Positions 29,500-39,689 of a stretch of DNA of 64,000 nucleotides are shown here, in pieces; the first letter of the stretch is position 1, and the number at the start of each line of letters is the position of its first letter. Source of the DNA: Deltaproteobacteria bacterium (GTDB taxonomy: Bacteria; Myxococcota; Kuafuiibacteriia; Kuafuiibacteriales; Kuafuiibacteriaceae); assembly GCA_040218735.1 (NCBI GenBank), contig JAVJQW010000023.1, positions 256,001 through 320,000 on the forward strand, read 5' to 3'. Under the pieces are notes generated by a model that was given only the letters and a program-made list of their open reading frames with translations, did no database searches and was not told the DNA's origin. A program made the translations under genes and the position numbers.

Positions 29500-30498
29500 G
29501 TGCCGAGCATCGCGCAGCTTCGTTACATCCTCGCGGTCCACCGCCACGGTCACTTCGGACGCGCGGCCGAAGCGGTGCACGTCTCCCAGCCGACGTTGAG
29601 CGCGCAGATCCAGAAGGCTGAAGACGAGCTCGGCCTCACGATCTTCGTGCGGCAGAACAAACCGATCACCGCGACCGAAAAGGGCTACGCCCTGATCGAG
29701 CAGGCCCAGGTCGTGGTGGCCGCGCACGAACGCCTCGTCCGCCTCGCGGAGGGGAAGTTCCAGAGCCTCGCCGGCGATCTCGCGCTCGGCATCATCCCGA
29801 CGCTGGCGCCCTACGTGATCCCGTGGTTCCTCACCGAGTTCGCCGAGCGCTACCCGCAGATCCAGCTCAACGTCATGGAGCGCACCACGGATGACGTGAT
29901 CCTCGGGCTGCAGCAACGACGCATCGACGTGGGGATGGTCGCGACGCCGCTCGATGAACAGCGCATCAAGGAGCGGATGTTATTCCACGATCCGTTCTAC
30001 CTGTACGCCCACGCCGACGATCCGATCCTCGAGCAGGACGAGGTCGATCCCCGTTCGCTGGAGGAGGATCGCCTGTGGCTCCTCGAGGACGGACACTGCG
30101 TGCGCAACCAGACGATGTCGCTCTGCGACGTCACCGGCGGGTGCGGGCACCTGCAGTCGGTGCGATTCGAGGCGGGGAGCTTCGAGACGCTGCGCAACCT
30201 CGTCGATGCGTCGGGCGGCTACACGCTGTTCCCGGAGACGTACGCGCGGCTGCTCCCGCGCGATCGCCGCCGCAGCCAGATTCGGCCGTTCTCCGAACCC
30301 ACGCCCACGCGGGCCATCGGGTTGGTGCACCTGCGCAGCAACTGGAAGCTCGATCTGATCGACGCGCTCGAAGCGAGCATCCTCGCAAACGTCCCGCGCG
30401 CGCTCCGGCAGGCGCCGGAGGTCGCGGAGGTCCTGCCGGTACGGAAGCCCGAGCCGATCAAGGGCCGGAAGAAGCGGAAGAAGAAGCGCGCGTCGTGA
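29500..30498 (+). CDS. oxyR: Hydrogen peroxide-inducible genes activator (LysR family)
   Basis: HFGRAA..HVSQPTLSAQI HTH; GIIPTLAPY; LLEDGHCVRNQTMSLC retains both redox cysteines; GSFETLRNLV. Confidence 0.88.
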   Translation: MPSIAQLRYILAVHRHGHFGRAAEAVHVSQPTLSAQIQKAEDELGLTIFVRQNKPITATEKGYALIEQAQVVVAAHERLVRLAEGKFQSLAGDLALGIIPTLAPYVIPWFLTEFAERYPQIQLNVMERTTDDVILGLQQRRIDVGMVATPLDEQRIKERMLFHDPFYLYAHADDPILEQDEVDPRSLEEDRLWLLEDGHCVRNQTMSLCDVTGGCGHLQSVRFEAGSFETLRNLVDASGGYTLFPETYARLLPRDRRRSQIRPFSEPTPTRAIGLVHLRSNWKLDLIDALEASILANVPRALRQAPEVAEVLPVRKPEPIKGRKKRKKKRAS

Positions 30499-31453
30499 AA
30501 CGCGCGCGATAGGCCGACGGCGGGACGCCGACCTTGGCCCGAAACGCGCGCCGCAGCGATTCGGTGGTGCCGAGCCCGACGCTGCGGGCCACGTCGTCGA
30601 GGTCCTCCGCACCGCGTTCGAGCAGTTGTCTCGCGGCCTCGACGCGCACGTCGCGGACGAAGCGCGCCGGAGTGACGCCCGTCTGCTGTGTGAACACTCG
30701 CGCGAAGTTCCGCGCGCTCATGTGCGCGCGCGCCGCGAGGGTCTCGACGCGGTGGTCGTCTTCGGGCGCGTCGACGATCTCCGCTTGGATCTCGGCGATG
30801 CGCCCCGGCGACGGGCGACGCTGCGCGAGGGCGGCGGAGAACTGCGACTGGCCACCCGGTCGATGGAGGTAGACGACGAGCAGGCGTGCGACGGTCATCG
30901 CGAGCTCGGCGCCGAAGTCGTCTTCGACCAGCGCGAGGGAGAGATCGATGCCGGAGGTGACCCCCGCCGAGGTGTAGATGTGTTCGTCCCGCACGTAGAT
31001 CGCGTCGCGGTCCACTTCGACGGCGGGGTCCGCCGCGGCGAGGGCGTCGAGGCACAGCCAGTGGGTGGTCGCGCGTCGCCCGCGGAGGAGCCCCAGCGCA
31101 CGGAGGACGAACGCGCCCGCGCACACCGAAGCGACGCGGCGTGCGCGTTTCGCGAGGCGCGCGACGGGGTTGAGCTCCCGGGCGGTCCAGCGCTTCGAGA
31201 CGAAGTCGAGCGAGCCGGCGACGATGAGCGTGTCGATGCGCTTCGGCGCCTCCTCGAAGCGCTTGCAACCGACCGTGAGCCCGCTGCTGCAACGCACGTT
31301 GCGCGTGGGTCCGACGACGGTCGTCACGTAGGCGCGTGATCGCCCCTGCGCCAGGCGCGTGCGCGCGGCCCCCTCGAAGACGTCGTGAGGCCCCGCCACG
31401 TCGAGGAGCTCGAAGCCGGGGAGCGCGACCAGGACGATGTGTCGGGTGGCCAT
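30458..31453 (-). CDS. GlxA-family AraC regulator (DJ-1/PfpI plus AraC HTH)
   Basis: LLDVAGP, SVCAGAF, ATTHW, TSAGVTSGIDL, RPGGQSQFS, MSARNFARVF. Confidence 0.92.
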   Translation of the reverse strand: MATRHIVLVALPGFELLDVAGPHDVFEGAARTRLAQGRSRAYVTTVVGPTRNVRCSSGLTVGCKRFEEAPKRIDTLIVAGSLDFVSKRWTARELNPVARLAKRARRVASVCAGAFVLRALGLLRGRRATTHWLCLDALAAADPAVEVDRDAIYVRDEHIYTSAGVTSGIDLSLALVEDDFGAELAMTVARLLVVYLHRPGGQSQFSAALAQRRPSPGRIAEIQAEIVDAPEDDHRVETLAARAHMSARNFARVFTQQTGVTPARFVRDVRVEAARQLLERGAEDLDDVARSVGLGTTESLRRAFRAKVGVPPSAYRARFTTRASSSASSGP

Positions 31454-31525
31454 ATCGGCAGTGTGGCAGAAAACGTGGGGCCAATGTCATTTGCGCCATC
31501 GCTTTTCGAACCTAAGCTCGGGATC

Positions 31526-32230
31526 GTGACTCGACATCAGTGCCTCCACGGTCCCGGGCTGCTCCCCCTCCTCGCCAAGGTCGCAACGCTGGAGGGCCAA
31601 CGCATCGCCCGTGTTCGGCGTCGGAGACGGAACCCAGCGCCACCGGTGCCGAACGATCTCTGGGCGCCTCCGGACAGCGCGCTGTGCCGCGCGGCCGCCA
31701 AGACGTGTGCGCTCCATTCCTCCGAAGCGCTCCTCGGGCACTGCGCGCGCACCTACGCGTTCGGCATGGCGCTCGCCGCCGCGACCGATCGCAAGCCGGA
31801 TCGCGAGCTGCTCTACGTCGCGTCCCTGTTGCACGACCTCGGGCTCACCCCCGCCTTCGACGGCGACGACCCATTCGAGCTCCGCGGCGCAGAGGCTGCG
31901 TACGCGTGGTGCATCGATCACGACGTCGAAGTGCGGCACGCCGAGCTCGTACACGAGGCGATTCGCATCCACACCTCGCTGGAAGCCGAATCACGCGAAC
32001 CGGAGATCGCGCTCGTGCACCTCGGCGCGGGCGTCGACGTGATCGGCTATCACCTCGAAGACGTGGACGGGTCGACGGTCTCCGCGATCCTCGAAGCCTG
32101 GCCGCGCGACGGCTTCAAGGACGAGATACTGGGGCTCCTCGGACGAGAGGCGAAGAAGACACCGAGCTCGCCCCTCGGTGTGCAGTGGCGACTCGGCTTC
32201 GCGAAGCGGGTGCGCGCGACGCCGTTCTGA
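31526..32230 (+). CDS. HD-domain protein (cyanamide hydratase-like); start uncertain (31484 or 31526)
   Basis: PDS, HCARTY, LLHDLGL, FELRGA, EAIRIH, PRDGFK; divergent from GlxA regulator. Confidence 0.78.
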   Translation: MTRHQCLHGPGLLPLLAKVATLEGQRIARVRRRRRNPAPPVPNDLWAPPDSALCRAAAKTCALHSSEALLGHCARTYAFGMALAAATDRKPDRELLYVASLLHDLGLTPAFDGDDPFELRGAEAAYAWCIDHDVEVRHAELVHEAIRIHTSLEAESREPEIALVHLGAGVDVIGYHLEDVDGSTVSAILEAWPRDGFKDEILGLLGREAKKTPSSPLGVQWRLGFAKRVRATPF

Positions 32231-32234
32231 CGCG

Positions 32235-35200
32235 CTACCTCCTGCGCCGGAGCACCATCAACCCGAGCGCGAGCCACCACGCACCGCCGGTTCCCCGCTC
32301 GGTGCTGGAACAGCTGCAGCCACCCTCCTCCTCCTTGGGCGGTGCCTCCGTCGCCGCGGCGACCCGGATCGTCGTCTCGGCCGAGGCGCTCAGCTCTCCG
32401 TCGTCGACGACCGCCATCAACACGATCGTCGACGCCTCGGCCGCGTTCGGCGCCACGAACAAGATCCCGTCGTTCGGGATCCGCTCCAGCTCCACCGACG
32501 GCCCGGACACCTGAGACCAGGTCACCGTGAGCACGTCGTCGTCCGGATCCGCGACCGTCGGCTCCACGCGCACCGTCGCGCCTGCGTCGACCTCCTGGTC
32601 CGGCGGCAGCGTGATCGTCGGCGCCATGTTCGGCGGCAGCACGGTGATCCGCACCTGATCCGAAGTCGTGAACTCACGCTCCGTCGCCGTCAGCTCGAGC
32701 GTGAGATCGATCGGCTCACCCTCGCTCGTCGGCGCCGTGAACGAAGGCGTCAACGTATCCGCGCCGGTCAACGTCACCACCGGGCCGTCGACCTGCGTCC
32801 ACTCCAGCGTGAAGTCATCTCCGTTGGGGTCCGTCGCAAACGCGATCAGCGTGACCTCTTCCCCGGACGCCACGTCGCGATCGTCCCCGGCGTTCACGTC
32901 CACGCCCAAGTTCGAGTTCAGGATCGTGACCGTGACCGACGCCGTGTCCGCCGCCGTGTCGTCGAGGACCGTCAGCTGGAATGTCACGACGGTGTCCTCC
33001 TCGACCAGCGGCGCGTCGAAGGTGCCGACCTGCGACAACGTCACCGACGGCCCGTCGACCTGCGCCCACAGGAACCGAAGCATGTCGCCGTCGACGTCCG
33101 TCGTGCCGGACGCGTCGAGCGGCACGGCGTCCGTCCCTTCGTCCACCGTGAAGTCCATCCCCGCGTCCGCGACGGGCGGGCGGTTGATGCACACGCCGTC
33201 GTCGGTCACGAGCGTCGGGAACGGCGTCCCGTCGATCCCGTCGAACGTGATGTCGTCGATCTCCCAACCCGCCCCGCCGAGCCGAGTGTCGGACCCCACG
33301 CGGAAGCGCACCTGGACGGTCTGCCCCTGGTACGCCGTCCCGAGATCCACCACGACGCGATCGAGCCCCGGGTAGCTCGCGTTGTTGCCGTGCCAAGCGT
33401 CCCGCCCCTGGAGTGGGTTCGGCGTGTCGTCACGGAGCACGCCGTCGTACGGCGGCGAAGCCATCGCACCGACGTCGACCCACGACATGCCGCCGTCGTC
33501 CGACACCTCGATCACCGCGCCGTCCCACGTCTCCTCGAGGTCGTAGCGATGATCGAACGACACCACGAAGCTCCCGGTCGACGACACCACCACCGGCACC
33601 GACGTCAGATACAGATCCGCCGGCGCACCCACGTTCGGGCAGTACCAGCGATGCGAAGACGCCGTCACGGCGATCCGCTCGCAGCGCTGCGAAGTCTCCA
33701 GCGTGTTGTCGAGCGTCGCGGTCCACGGCGACGACGGGGACTCCACGTCATCCGTCGCGCTCGTCTGCGCCACCACGTCCCAGTTCACGCGGAACACCGC
33801 GGAGCCACCGACCGTCGAGGTCGGGACCAACGTCGGATCCTCGATCACCACGTCGAACGGGATCTCGTGCACGTCGGCGGAACCCATCAGCGCCACGTCG
33901 AGCTCCACCTCCGCCACGTCGAACGGCGCGAACGACGGCAGCGTCACGACATTGCCCGCCGGGAACGACACGCGACCGTCCGGGCTCGTCACCGTCGCGA
34001 TCGCCGTGGTCAGCCCGGTGACGCCGACGTTCTTCACGAACAGCCGCAGGCGCCCCACCTCCCCGGCGTCGAGCACGCCGTCGCGATCGCAGTACGTCGC
34101 TTCGTCGTTCAGGCTCGCGTCCGAGAGCTCCACCGCGTTGCCGACCACGAAGCTCTCCACCACCGGCGCGTTGTCCGTCGCCGCGCGGTCCGGCGCGACG
34201 GCGCCGAGCCCGGCCCCGCGACGCGCAAACGCGCGGTACAGCGACTCGAAGTCCACCGGATCGTTCGCGTACGCCGCCGCCAACACGCCGTCGCGCGCCT
34301 CGACGAACGTGGGGTTCGCGGGCGTCATCTTGAGGCCGCCGACGAGGTACCGCGTCATGCGATCTCGCGCTTGATCGAACGTCAGCCGCGAATCACGCAG
34401 CAGCGCGACGTAACACTCCCACAACATCGTCGACCAGACCTCGCCCGTGCGGTGCACGGCGGCGTTCGAGGCGCCGTCCAAACCAAAGTACGTCGGCACG
34501 CCGGGCGGCAGCGCGACACCCTCGGCGATCATGCCGAACGTCAGCGCGTTCTTCGCGAAGTCGACCGAGTACGGCACCCGCCGGATCCCGTAGTACGGGT
34601 GTTTGTACGAGCTGTTCACGCCGACGCCGAACGTGCCCTGCCAATCGTTGTTCACCGCGATCTGCGTGTCCGCCTCGGACGCGGTCATCAGCAGGCTGAC
34701 GAAGTCACTCCACCCCTCGCCCATCCCGCGCGCCTGGTTCGCGGACAGCCCGGACGCGTTCGAGATGAGTCGGTTCGACAGGTAGTGCCCCCACTCGTGT
34801 GACACGACGACGCCGTCGAGGCCGGAGTCCTTGTCCGGTCGCTCGACCTGCGCGAGCGTCACCGTCACCGCCTCGCCATTCGCGATCGCCGCGCGGATCA
34901 CATCGCCGCGCTGCTCGGTCACGGAGACCATCGGCACCGGCGTGCTCGCACCGGACTGGTTCATGTCCGGCGGCACCCACCCGAAGCGGTTGTCCGTCAG
35001 GAGCAGCCCGATCGCACCCGCCGCCTCGGCGTTCTCCGCCTTCGTCCCGAAGTTGCAGTTGCCGCGCGCGACGAGCGCGATGTTCCCCGCCACCGTGCTC
35101 GAGTTCACGTACGGCGAGCAGCCGTCGGTGACGGTGTCCGTACCGTCGTCGACGACCACCAGCGTCCCCGTCACGGAGAAGCTCCGCGGGTCGGTGAACC

Positions 35201-36650
35201 GCGAGTTGCCGGCGACGAAGAGCCCCGAGAGGTTGGCGGGGGACGCGATGTCGATCGTGGCGTTCGGCCGCGCGTCCCAGATGTACATCTGCATCCGGGG
35301 GCGTGCGCCGTCCGCGCGCGTCGACATGTTGGCGTTGCTGCGCCCGCTGTAGTCCTGCACCTCGGCGCGGATGTTGTCGTCGTCCTGACCGCCGCGACCG
35401 TAGTTGTCCGTCTGTGCGTTGCCCGCCGCCTCGTCGAAGCCGCGGTCGTAGAACCAGTCGTGCAGGTAGTTGTTCATGTAGAACAGCTGCACGATCGCGG
35501 CGCGCTGCGAGAGCTCCGGCGCGGCGGCGATGTCGTGGTCGTAGTCGAACGTCGCGGTCGCGGTGATCGTCGCGCGAAAGTCCGAGCCCGACAGCCCATC
35601 CGGCGACTCGAGATCCGCGTAGGCGTCGACATTGTTGCCGTTCGTCTCGGTGGCGTCGCTCTGAAGCCACGGATCCATCGTGGAGATCGGCCCGTGGTCG
35701 AGCGTCACGAGGCTCGCCTGTCCGACCTGCGTGACGTACGGGACGTAGTCCCCCGTCGGGTGCGGCAACCACGCGTTGCCCTGCGGGCCCTCGTAGAACA
35801 GGTGCGGGAGGTTCGGCTCCGCGTAGACGCGGTACGTGAACGCCGCGTCCTCGGTGAGGTTCTTGCGGAAGAGCACGCGCCCCTCCACCGCGTCGATCAC
35901 GTACGCGTAGACCGCGGAGGTCGGTCCCGCGTCGCGCTGCACCGCGAGCTCGACGTGGTACGCCGCGTACAGCCCGGTCGGCATCGCGTACACGACCGGA
36001 CGCACGCGCAAACGCTCCGGGAAGAGGCGCCCGAACGGCCCCTCGACGTCCGGTCCGCGGTACCACGTCCAATCCCCCCGCGCGGCCCCCTCGGCGAAGT
36101 CACCGGGCGCGAACAGCGCGCCCGACAGATCGAGCGCCGCCATCGCGACGGCGGCCTCCGGCGTCAGCTCGCGCCCCGTCGTGTACGCCGCCTCGCGGAG
36201 CGCCTCCGACGGCAGGTAGCCGGAGATCGCGACGAGCTCGTTCGCCTGCGTCATCACGACGTGCAGCTCGTCTCGAAACAGCGGCACGTCCGCGACGCGC
36301 GCGCCGAACGTCACGACGACCGCGCCCTCGCCGGTGTCGTGCACCTCGTCGAGCACGAGCCGATCCGCCGCGGCCGCGTCCGTCCGATAGAGCGCGGCGT
36401 ACGCGGCGAAGTGCTGTCGCGCGGCGAGCTCACGCGACGCGCCGTCGGCGCGCTGCCCGCGCTCCGCCCAAAAGAAGGACGGCACGCCGAGCCGGGGCTC
36501 GTGCGCGGTGACCTGCCCACGAGTCGCGCGAGTCAGCGCATCGCCGGCGAGCGTCGCACCGAGCTCGGCCCGGTGGTCACTTCGGAGGAATTCGTCATGA
36601 TTCGGCGGGAGTGTGCCGAGCCCCGAGAGGAGGACGAGCGTGGTGATCAA
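32235..36650 (-). CDS. M36 (fungalysin) metallopeptidase with PA domain, Ig/PKD-like repeats and MYXO-CTERM tail
   Basis: GNNVDAY, GFDEAAGNAQ, HEWGH, GMGEGWSD, PA domain RGNCNF..K..NA; repeats W.QVDGP.V.L; C-terminal GGCSC...WWLALGLMVLRRRR. Confidence 0.92.
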   Translation of the reverse strand: MITTLVLLSGLGTLPPNHDEFLRSDHRAELGATLAGDALTRATRGQVTAHEPRLGVPSFFWAERGQRADGASRELAARQHFAAYAALYRTDAAAADRLVLDEVHDTGEGAVVVTFGARVADVPLFRDELHVVMTQANELVAISGYLPSEALREAAYTTGRELTPEAAVAMAALDLSGALFAPGDFAEGAARGDWTWYRGPDVEGPFGRLFPERLRVRPVVYAMPTGLYAAYHVELAVQRDAGPTSAVYAYVIDAVEGRVLFRKNLTEDAAFTYRVYAEPNLPHLFYEGPQGNAWLPHPTGDYVPYVTQVGQASLVTLDHGPISTMDPWLQSDATETNGNNVDAYADLESPDGLSGSDFRATITATATFDYDHDIAAAPELSQRAAIVQLFYMNNYLHDWFYDRGFDEAAGNAQTDNYGRGGQDDDNIRAEVQDYSGRSNANMSTRADGARPRMQMYIWDARPNATIDIASPANLSGLFVAGNSRFTDPRSFSVTGTLVVVDDGTDTVTDGCSPYVNSSTVAGNIALVARGNCNFGTKAENAEAAGAIGLLLTDNRFGWVPPDMNQSGASTPVPMVSVTEQRGDVIRAAIANGEAVTVTLAQVERPDKDSGLDGVVVSHEWGHYLSNRLISNASGLSANQARGMGEGWSDFVSLLMTASEADTQIAVNNDWQGTFGVGVNSSYKHPYYGIRRVPYSVDFAKNALTFGMIAEGVALPPGVPTYFGLDGASNAAVHRTGEVWSTMLWECYVALLRDSRLTFDQARDRMTRYLVGGLKMTPANPTFVEARDGVLAAAYANDPVDFESLYRAFARRGAGLGAVAPDRAATDNAPVVESFVVGNAVELSDASLNDEATYCDRDGVLDAGEVGRLRLFVKNVGVTGLTTAIATVTSPDGRVSFPAGNVVTLPSFAPFDVAEVELDVALMGSADVHEIPFDVVIEDPTLVPTSTVGGSAVFRVNWDVVAQTSATDDVESPSSPWTATLDNTLETSQRCERIAVTASSHRWYCPNVGAPADLYLTSVPVVVSSTGSFVVSFDHRYDLEETWDGAVIEVSDDGGMSWVDVGAMASPPYDGVLRDDTPNPLQGRDAWHGNNASYPGLDRVVVDLGTAYQGQTVQVRFRVGSDTRLGGAGWEIDDITFDGIDGTPFPTLVTDDGVCINRPPVADAGMDFTVDEGTDAVPLDASGTTDVDGDMLRFLWAQVDGPSVTLSQVGTFDAPLVEEDTVVTFQLTVLDDTAADTASVTVTILNSNLGVDVNAGDDRDVASGEEVTLIAFATDPNGDDFTLEWTQVDGPVVTLTGADTLTPSFTAPTSEGEPIDLTLELTATEREFTTSDQVRITVLPPNMAPTITLPPDQEVDAGATVRVEPTVADPDDDVLTVTWSQVSGPSVELERIPNDGILFVAPNAAEASTIVLMAVVDDGELSASAETTIRVAAATEAPPKEEEGGCSCSSTERGTGGAWWLALGLMVLRRRR

Positions 36651-36810
36651 GACGGCGCCATTCTACCCAATCGGCCCCCCTTCGGAGCGGGCGGCGGGTG
36701 CCGACGGCACGAATTCGCCTGGCGGCGACCGCAGCAGAGGAGCACGCGTTCTAGGAATCGTCAGATCGATTGAATGGACCCGGTGTGTTCGGCGTCGGTA
36801 TGCCCACATC

Positions 36811-37869
36811 ATGCTACGACGACTCCTGCCCCTGATCCTCGTCTCGATCCCCGCCCTCGCCGAGGCGTCGGTCTACGAGACGTTCCTCGAGCGTCTGGAG
36901 GAGAAGACCACCCGCCTCGCGCGCGGCGGCTGGACCTCGCGCGACGTCCAAGACCTCTCGGACGAGGTCGCGGGGCGCCCCGCCGCCGACCCGACCGCGT
37001 ACGTCCGGTTCGTGCGGTTGCTCGCGAACGTCGTGAAGTCGGTAGAGCCCGGAGGGGTGATCTCGCAGGAGATCGAAGTCACGCGGATCGTCGCGTCCGC
37101 GAAACCGGACGGCGCTCGCGGCCGCGCGGAACACGAAGCGTTCCTGCGCGCCTTCACGGATCAGCTCGTGCGTGCCTCCGCCGGCGGGGTCATCTCGAAG
37201 GAGATCGAGCTCGCCGAGATCGTCGCGGGCGTGGCGCCGAACAAGGAAGTCCCGCCGCGCGGGTACGAGGGCGCCTACGCGGCGTGGTCCAGCGGGCTCG
37301 GGCGGGTGGAGAAGGAGCTCGCGCGCGGCGGCCTGATCTCGAGCGAGAAGAAGCTCATGGATCTGTACCGAAGCCTCCAACCCCAACGCGGCGCCGCCCC
37401 GGTCGCGCCGCCGCCGGTCGCCGAGCCCACCCCGTCCTCGGGGCAGGAGCGGTTCTGCGGGAGGTTCTTCGCCGTCCGGGAGCGCATCGAGCGCCAACGA
37501 CGCGGCGTCGTCATCCTCACACGCGAAGGCGACGCGATCGCCATCGACGACTGCAACGAGTGGTGGCTCGCGGGCGGCATCACCTCGATGACACGCCTCG
37601 GCCGTCAACTCGTCTTGCTTGGCCGCGACGGCGTCGCGCTCCTCGTGGACAAGGACCACGGCGTGCACCGCCTCGCGCGTGATGTCAGACGGGTGGAGTC
37701 GGACGGTCGTCGCTCCGCGCGGCTCGTGCGTCGCGAGGACAGGTCCCAGACCGTCGAAGTCGCGCGCGAGCCGGCGGGCGGCAACCACTTCGCGGTGAAC
37801 ATCGGCGGGCGACGCAAGCTCCTCCCCCGCCTCTACGAATCGACGCGCCGCAAGATCCGCGGGCGCTGA
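36811..37869 (+). CDS. Secreted hypothetical protein with four helical GG(V/L)IS.E repeats
   Basis: Signal peptide MLRRLLPLILVSIPALAEA; repeats ARGGWTSRD, PGGVISQEI, AGGVISKEI, ARGGLISSE; Pro linker; beta-rich C-terminus. Confidence 0.6.
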   Translation: MLRRLLPLILVSIPALAEASVYETFLERLEEKTTRLARGGWTSRDVQDLSDEVAGRPAADPTAYVRFVRLLANVVKSVEPGGVISQEIEVTRIVASAKPDGARGRAEHEAFLRAFTDQLVRASAGGVISKEIELAEIVAGVAPNKEVPPRGYEGAYAAWSSGLGRVEKELARGGLISSEKKLMDLYRSLQPQRGAAPVAPPPVAEPTPSSGQERFCGRFFAVRERIERQRRGVVILTREGDAIAIDDCNEWWLAGGITSMTRLGRQLVLLGRDGVALLVDKDHGVHRLARDVRRVESDGRRSARLVRREDRSQTVEVAREPAGGNHFAVNIGGRRKLLPRLYESTRRKIRGR

Positions 37870-39609
37870 TCAGACTTCACGAAGCTGGTAGAGCTGGCCG
37901 TCGGTGAACCCGAGCGACCGGTAGTACCCACGCGTGCCGATCGCCGAGATCACCGCGACGCGTGCGAACCCCTCCGCCGCAGCGATCACACACGCGCGCT
38001 CCACGAAGCGGCGCCCGAGCCCCGCGTGCTGCGCGGCGCGCTGCGAGCGCTCGCCGATGCCGAGCGCCGCGCCGTACACGTGGACCTCGCGGATGATCGC
38101 CGCGCCCTGCAGCTCGTCGACGGCAGCTTCCGTCGCCTTCGGGAGGGACAGGCGGAGGAAGCCGACGATCCGGTCCTCCTCGGTGACGGCCTCCAGGAAC
38201 ACCTCTTCGCTCACCGCGGCGTCGTAGCGTGTCTCGCGGTCCGTCAACTCACCTTGCACGGGCCGACCGCGGATCTCTCGGCTCCTGATGTCAACCTGGG
38301 TTGCGCCCTTCGCCCGCAGTCGAGCCTCGGCGACCTCGCGCAGGTTGGAGGTCTTGTTACCGACCACGATGTCGTGGGACGGGATGTCGCGAATGACCCG
38401 CGTGAGCCGGCAGTACCTCGGGACGCGCACCATGCAGCGTTCGAGCAGGCCGACCAGCGCTTCGTCGTCGTACGGCACCCACGTGCCGTCGCGGTAGCGC
38501 TCCATCAGCTCCGCGGTCTCGATCAGGCTGGTCGGGTAGAGCTTCAACTCGTCGGGTCGGAAGTCCGGGTCGTCGAAGATGCGTACGAAGTCGGCGGCGT
38601 CGCGTTCGACGTCGGAGCCGTAGAGGTTCGGCATCCAGTGCGCGTGAATCTTGAACCCCACGGAGCGGAGCAGATGCATCGCCCGGCGCGTCGCGGCGAC
38701 GTCGTGGCCGCGCCGGTTGGCGGCGAGCACCGCATCGTCGAGCGCCTGGTAGCCGATCTGCACCTTCGTCGCGCCGAGGCGACGGATGCGTTTCACCTCG
38801 TCGAGGTCGATGTGGTCCGGGCGCGTCTCGAGCACGAGGCCCACACACCGCGACGACGCGGACTCGTTGTCGGCGTGCGCCGCCTCCAGCTCGTCCCAGG
38901 TCGCGGACTCCCAGTCGCCGACCATCGCGCCCTGCGCACCTTCGATGAACCGCGACACCACCCGGTTGTACGTCTCGGCTCGATCCGCTTCGTCGTCCAG
39001 GCGCTCGAAGTCGACGTGCCGCGCGTCGGGCGCCGCGCTGTCGGCGACGAAGTCGTTCATCGCGTCGAAGCACCGCTTGATGAACCAGATCTGATACGGC
39101 TCCGGATAGAACGACCACGTGCCGCCGAGGACGATCAGCTCCACCTTGTCGACGACGTGCCCGTTCACGAAGAACGCGTGCAGACGCGACATCGTCTGCG
39201 CGTACGGATCGAACTTGTTCTGCATCGCGCGCTGCGCGCCGGGCTCCATCGCGAGGTAGCTCTTCGGCATCCGCACGTCGTTCGGACAGAAGATGCAGCG
39301 CCCCGGGCAGGGGAACGGCTTGGTCAGCACCGTCACCGGCGCGACGCCGCTCGCGGTGCGGATCGGCTTCATCCTCAGCTTGCGCGCGAACGGCGCGGCG
39401 TCCCAACCGAGGGCATCGGCGAAGTGCCGCACACCGCGGATGAGCTCGCTCTTGGAGAACATCTCGCGGCCGTTCTTCGGGAAGCGCCCGAGCAGCTTGC
39501 GGAGCGCGCGGTCGTCCACCGCGTCGAGCGCTTCGACCGCCACGTAGATCCCTTCGAGCTCGGCGCGGTGCGCCTCGGGCTCGAAGTCGTATTTATGCGG
39601 ATTCGGCAC
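37870..39609 (-). CDS. elp3: Elp3 radical SAM/GNAT tRNA U34 modification enzyme
   Basis: KPIRTASGVAPV, CPGRCIFCP, PKSY, DKVELIVLGGT, ETRPD, RGH, HWMPNL, PDELKLYP, RVIRDIP, IRSRE, IREVHVYG, QHAGLG, VISAIGTRGYY. Confidence 0.93.
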   Translation of the reverse strand: MPNPHKYDFEPEAHRAELEGIYVAVEALDAVDDRALRKLLGRFPKNGREMFSKSELIRGVRHFADALGWDAAPFARKLRMKPIRTASGVAPVTVLTKPFPCPGRCIFCPNDVRMPKSYLAMEPGAQRAMQNKFDPYAQTMSRLHAFFVNGHVVDKVELIVLGGTWSFYPEPYQIWFIKRCFDAMNDFVADSAAPDARHVDFERLDDEADRAETYNRVVSRFIEGAQGAMVGDWESATWDELEAAHADNESASSRCVGLVLETRPDHIDLDEVKRIRRLGATKVQIGYQALDDAVLAANRRGHDVAATRRAMHLLRSVGFKIHAHWMPNLYGSDVERDAADFVRIFDDPDFRPDELKLYPTSLIETAELMERYRDGTWVPYDDEALVGLLERCMVRVPRYCRLTRVIRDIPSHDIVVGNKTSNLREVAEARLRAKGATQVDIRSREIRGRPVQGELTDRETRYDAAVSEEVFLEAVTEEDRIVGFLRLSLPKATEAAVDELQGAAIIREVHVYGAALGIGERSQRAAQHAGLGRRFVERACVIAAAEGFARVAVISAIGTRGYYRSLGFTDGQLYQLREV

Positions 39610-39689
39610 GCGACGACGTTCTCGATCGAGGGCACGCGCGAGCGCAAGGCCTCTGCTAGACTCCGCGCCGCTCGCACGAGCGTCGTCCC

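Noticed and set aside
30458-30498. Basic C-terminal tail of OxyR overlapping the GlxA gene
   Set aside because: A short convergent overlap is common in dense GC-rich genomes; no evidence of function
32178-34802. Long antisense ORFs (e.g. 874 aa here, 782 aa at 17792-20140, 757 aa at 21136-23409)
   Set aside because: Typical stop-poor shadow frames of high-GC genes, opposite well-supported CDSs
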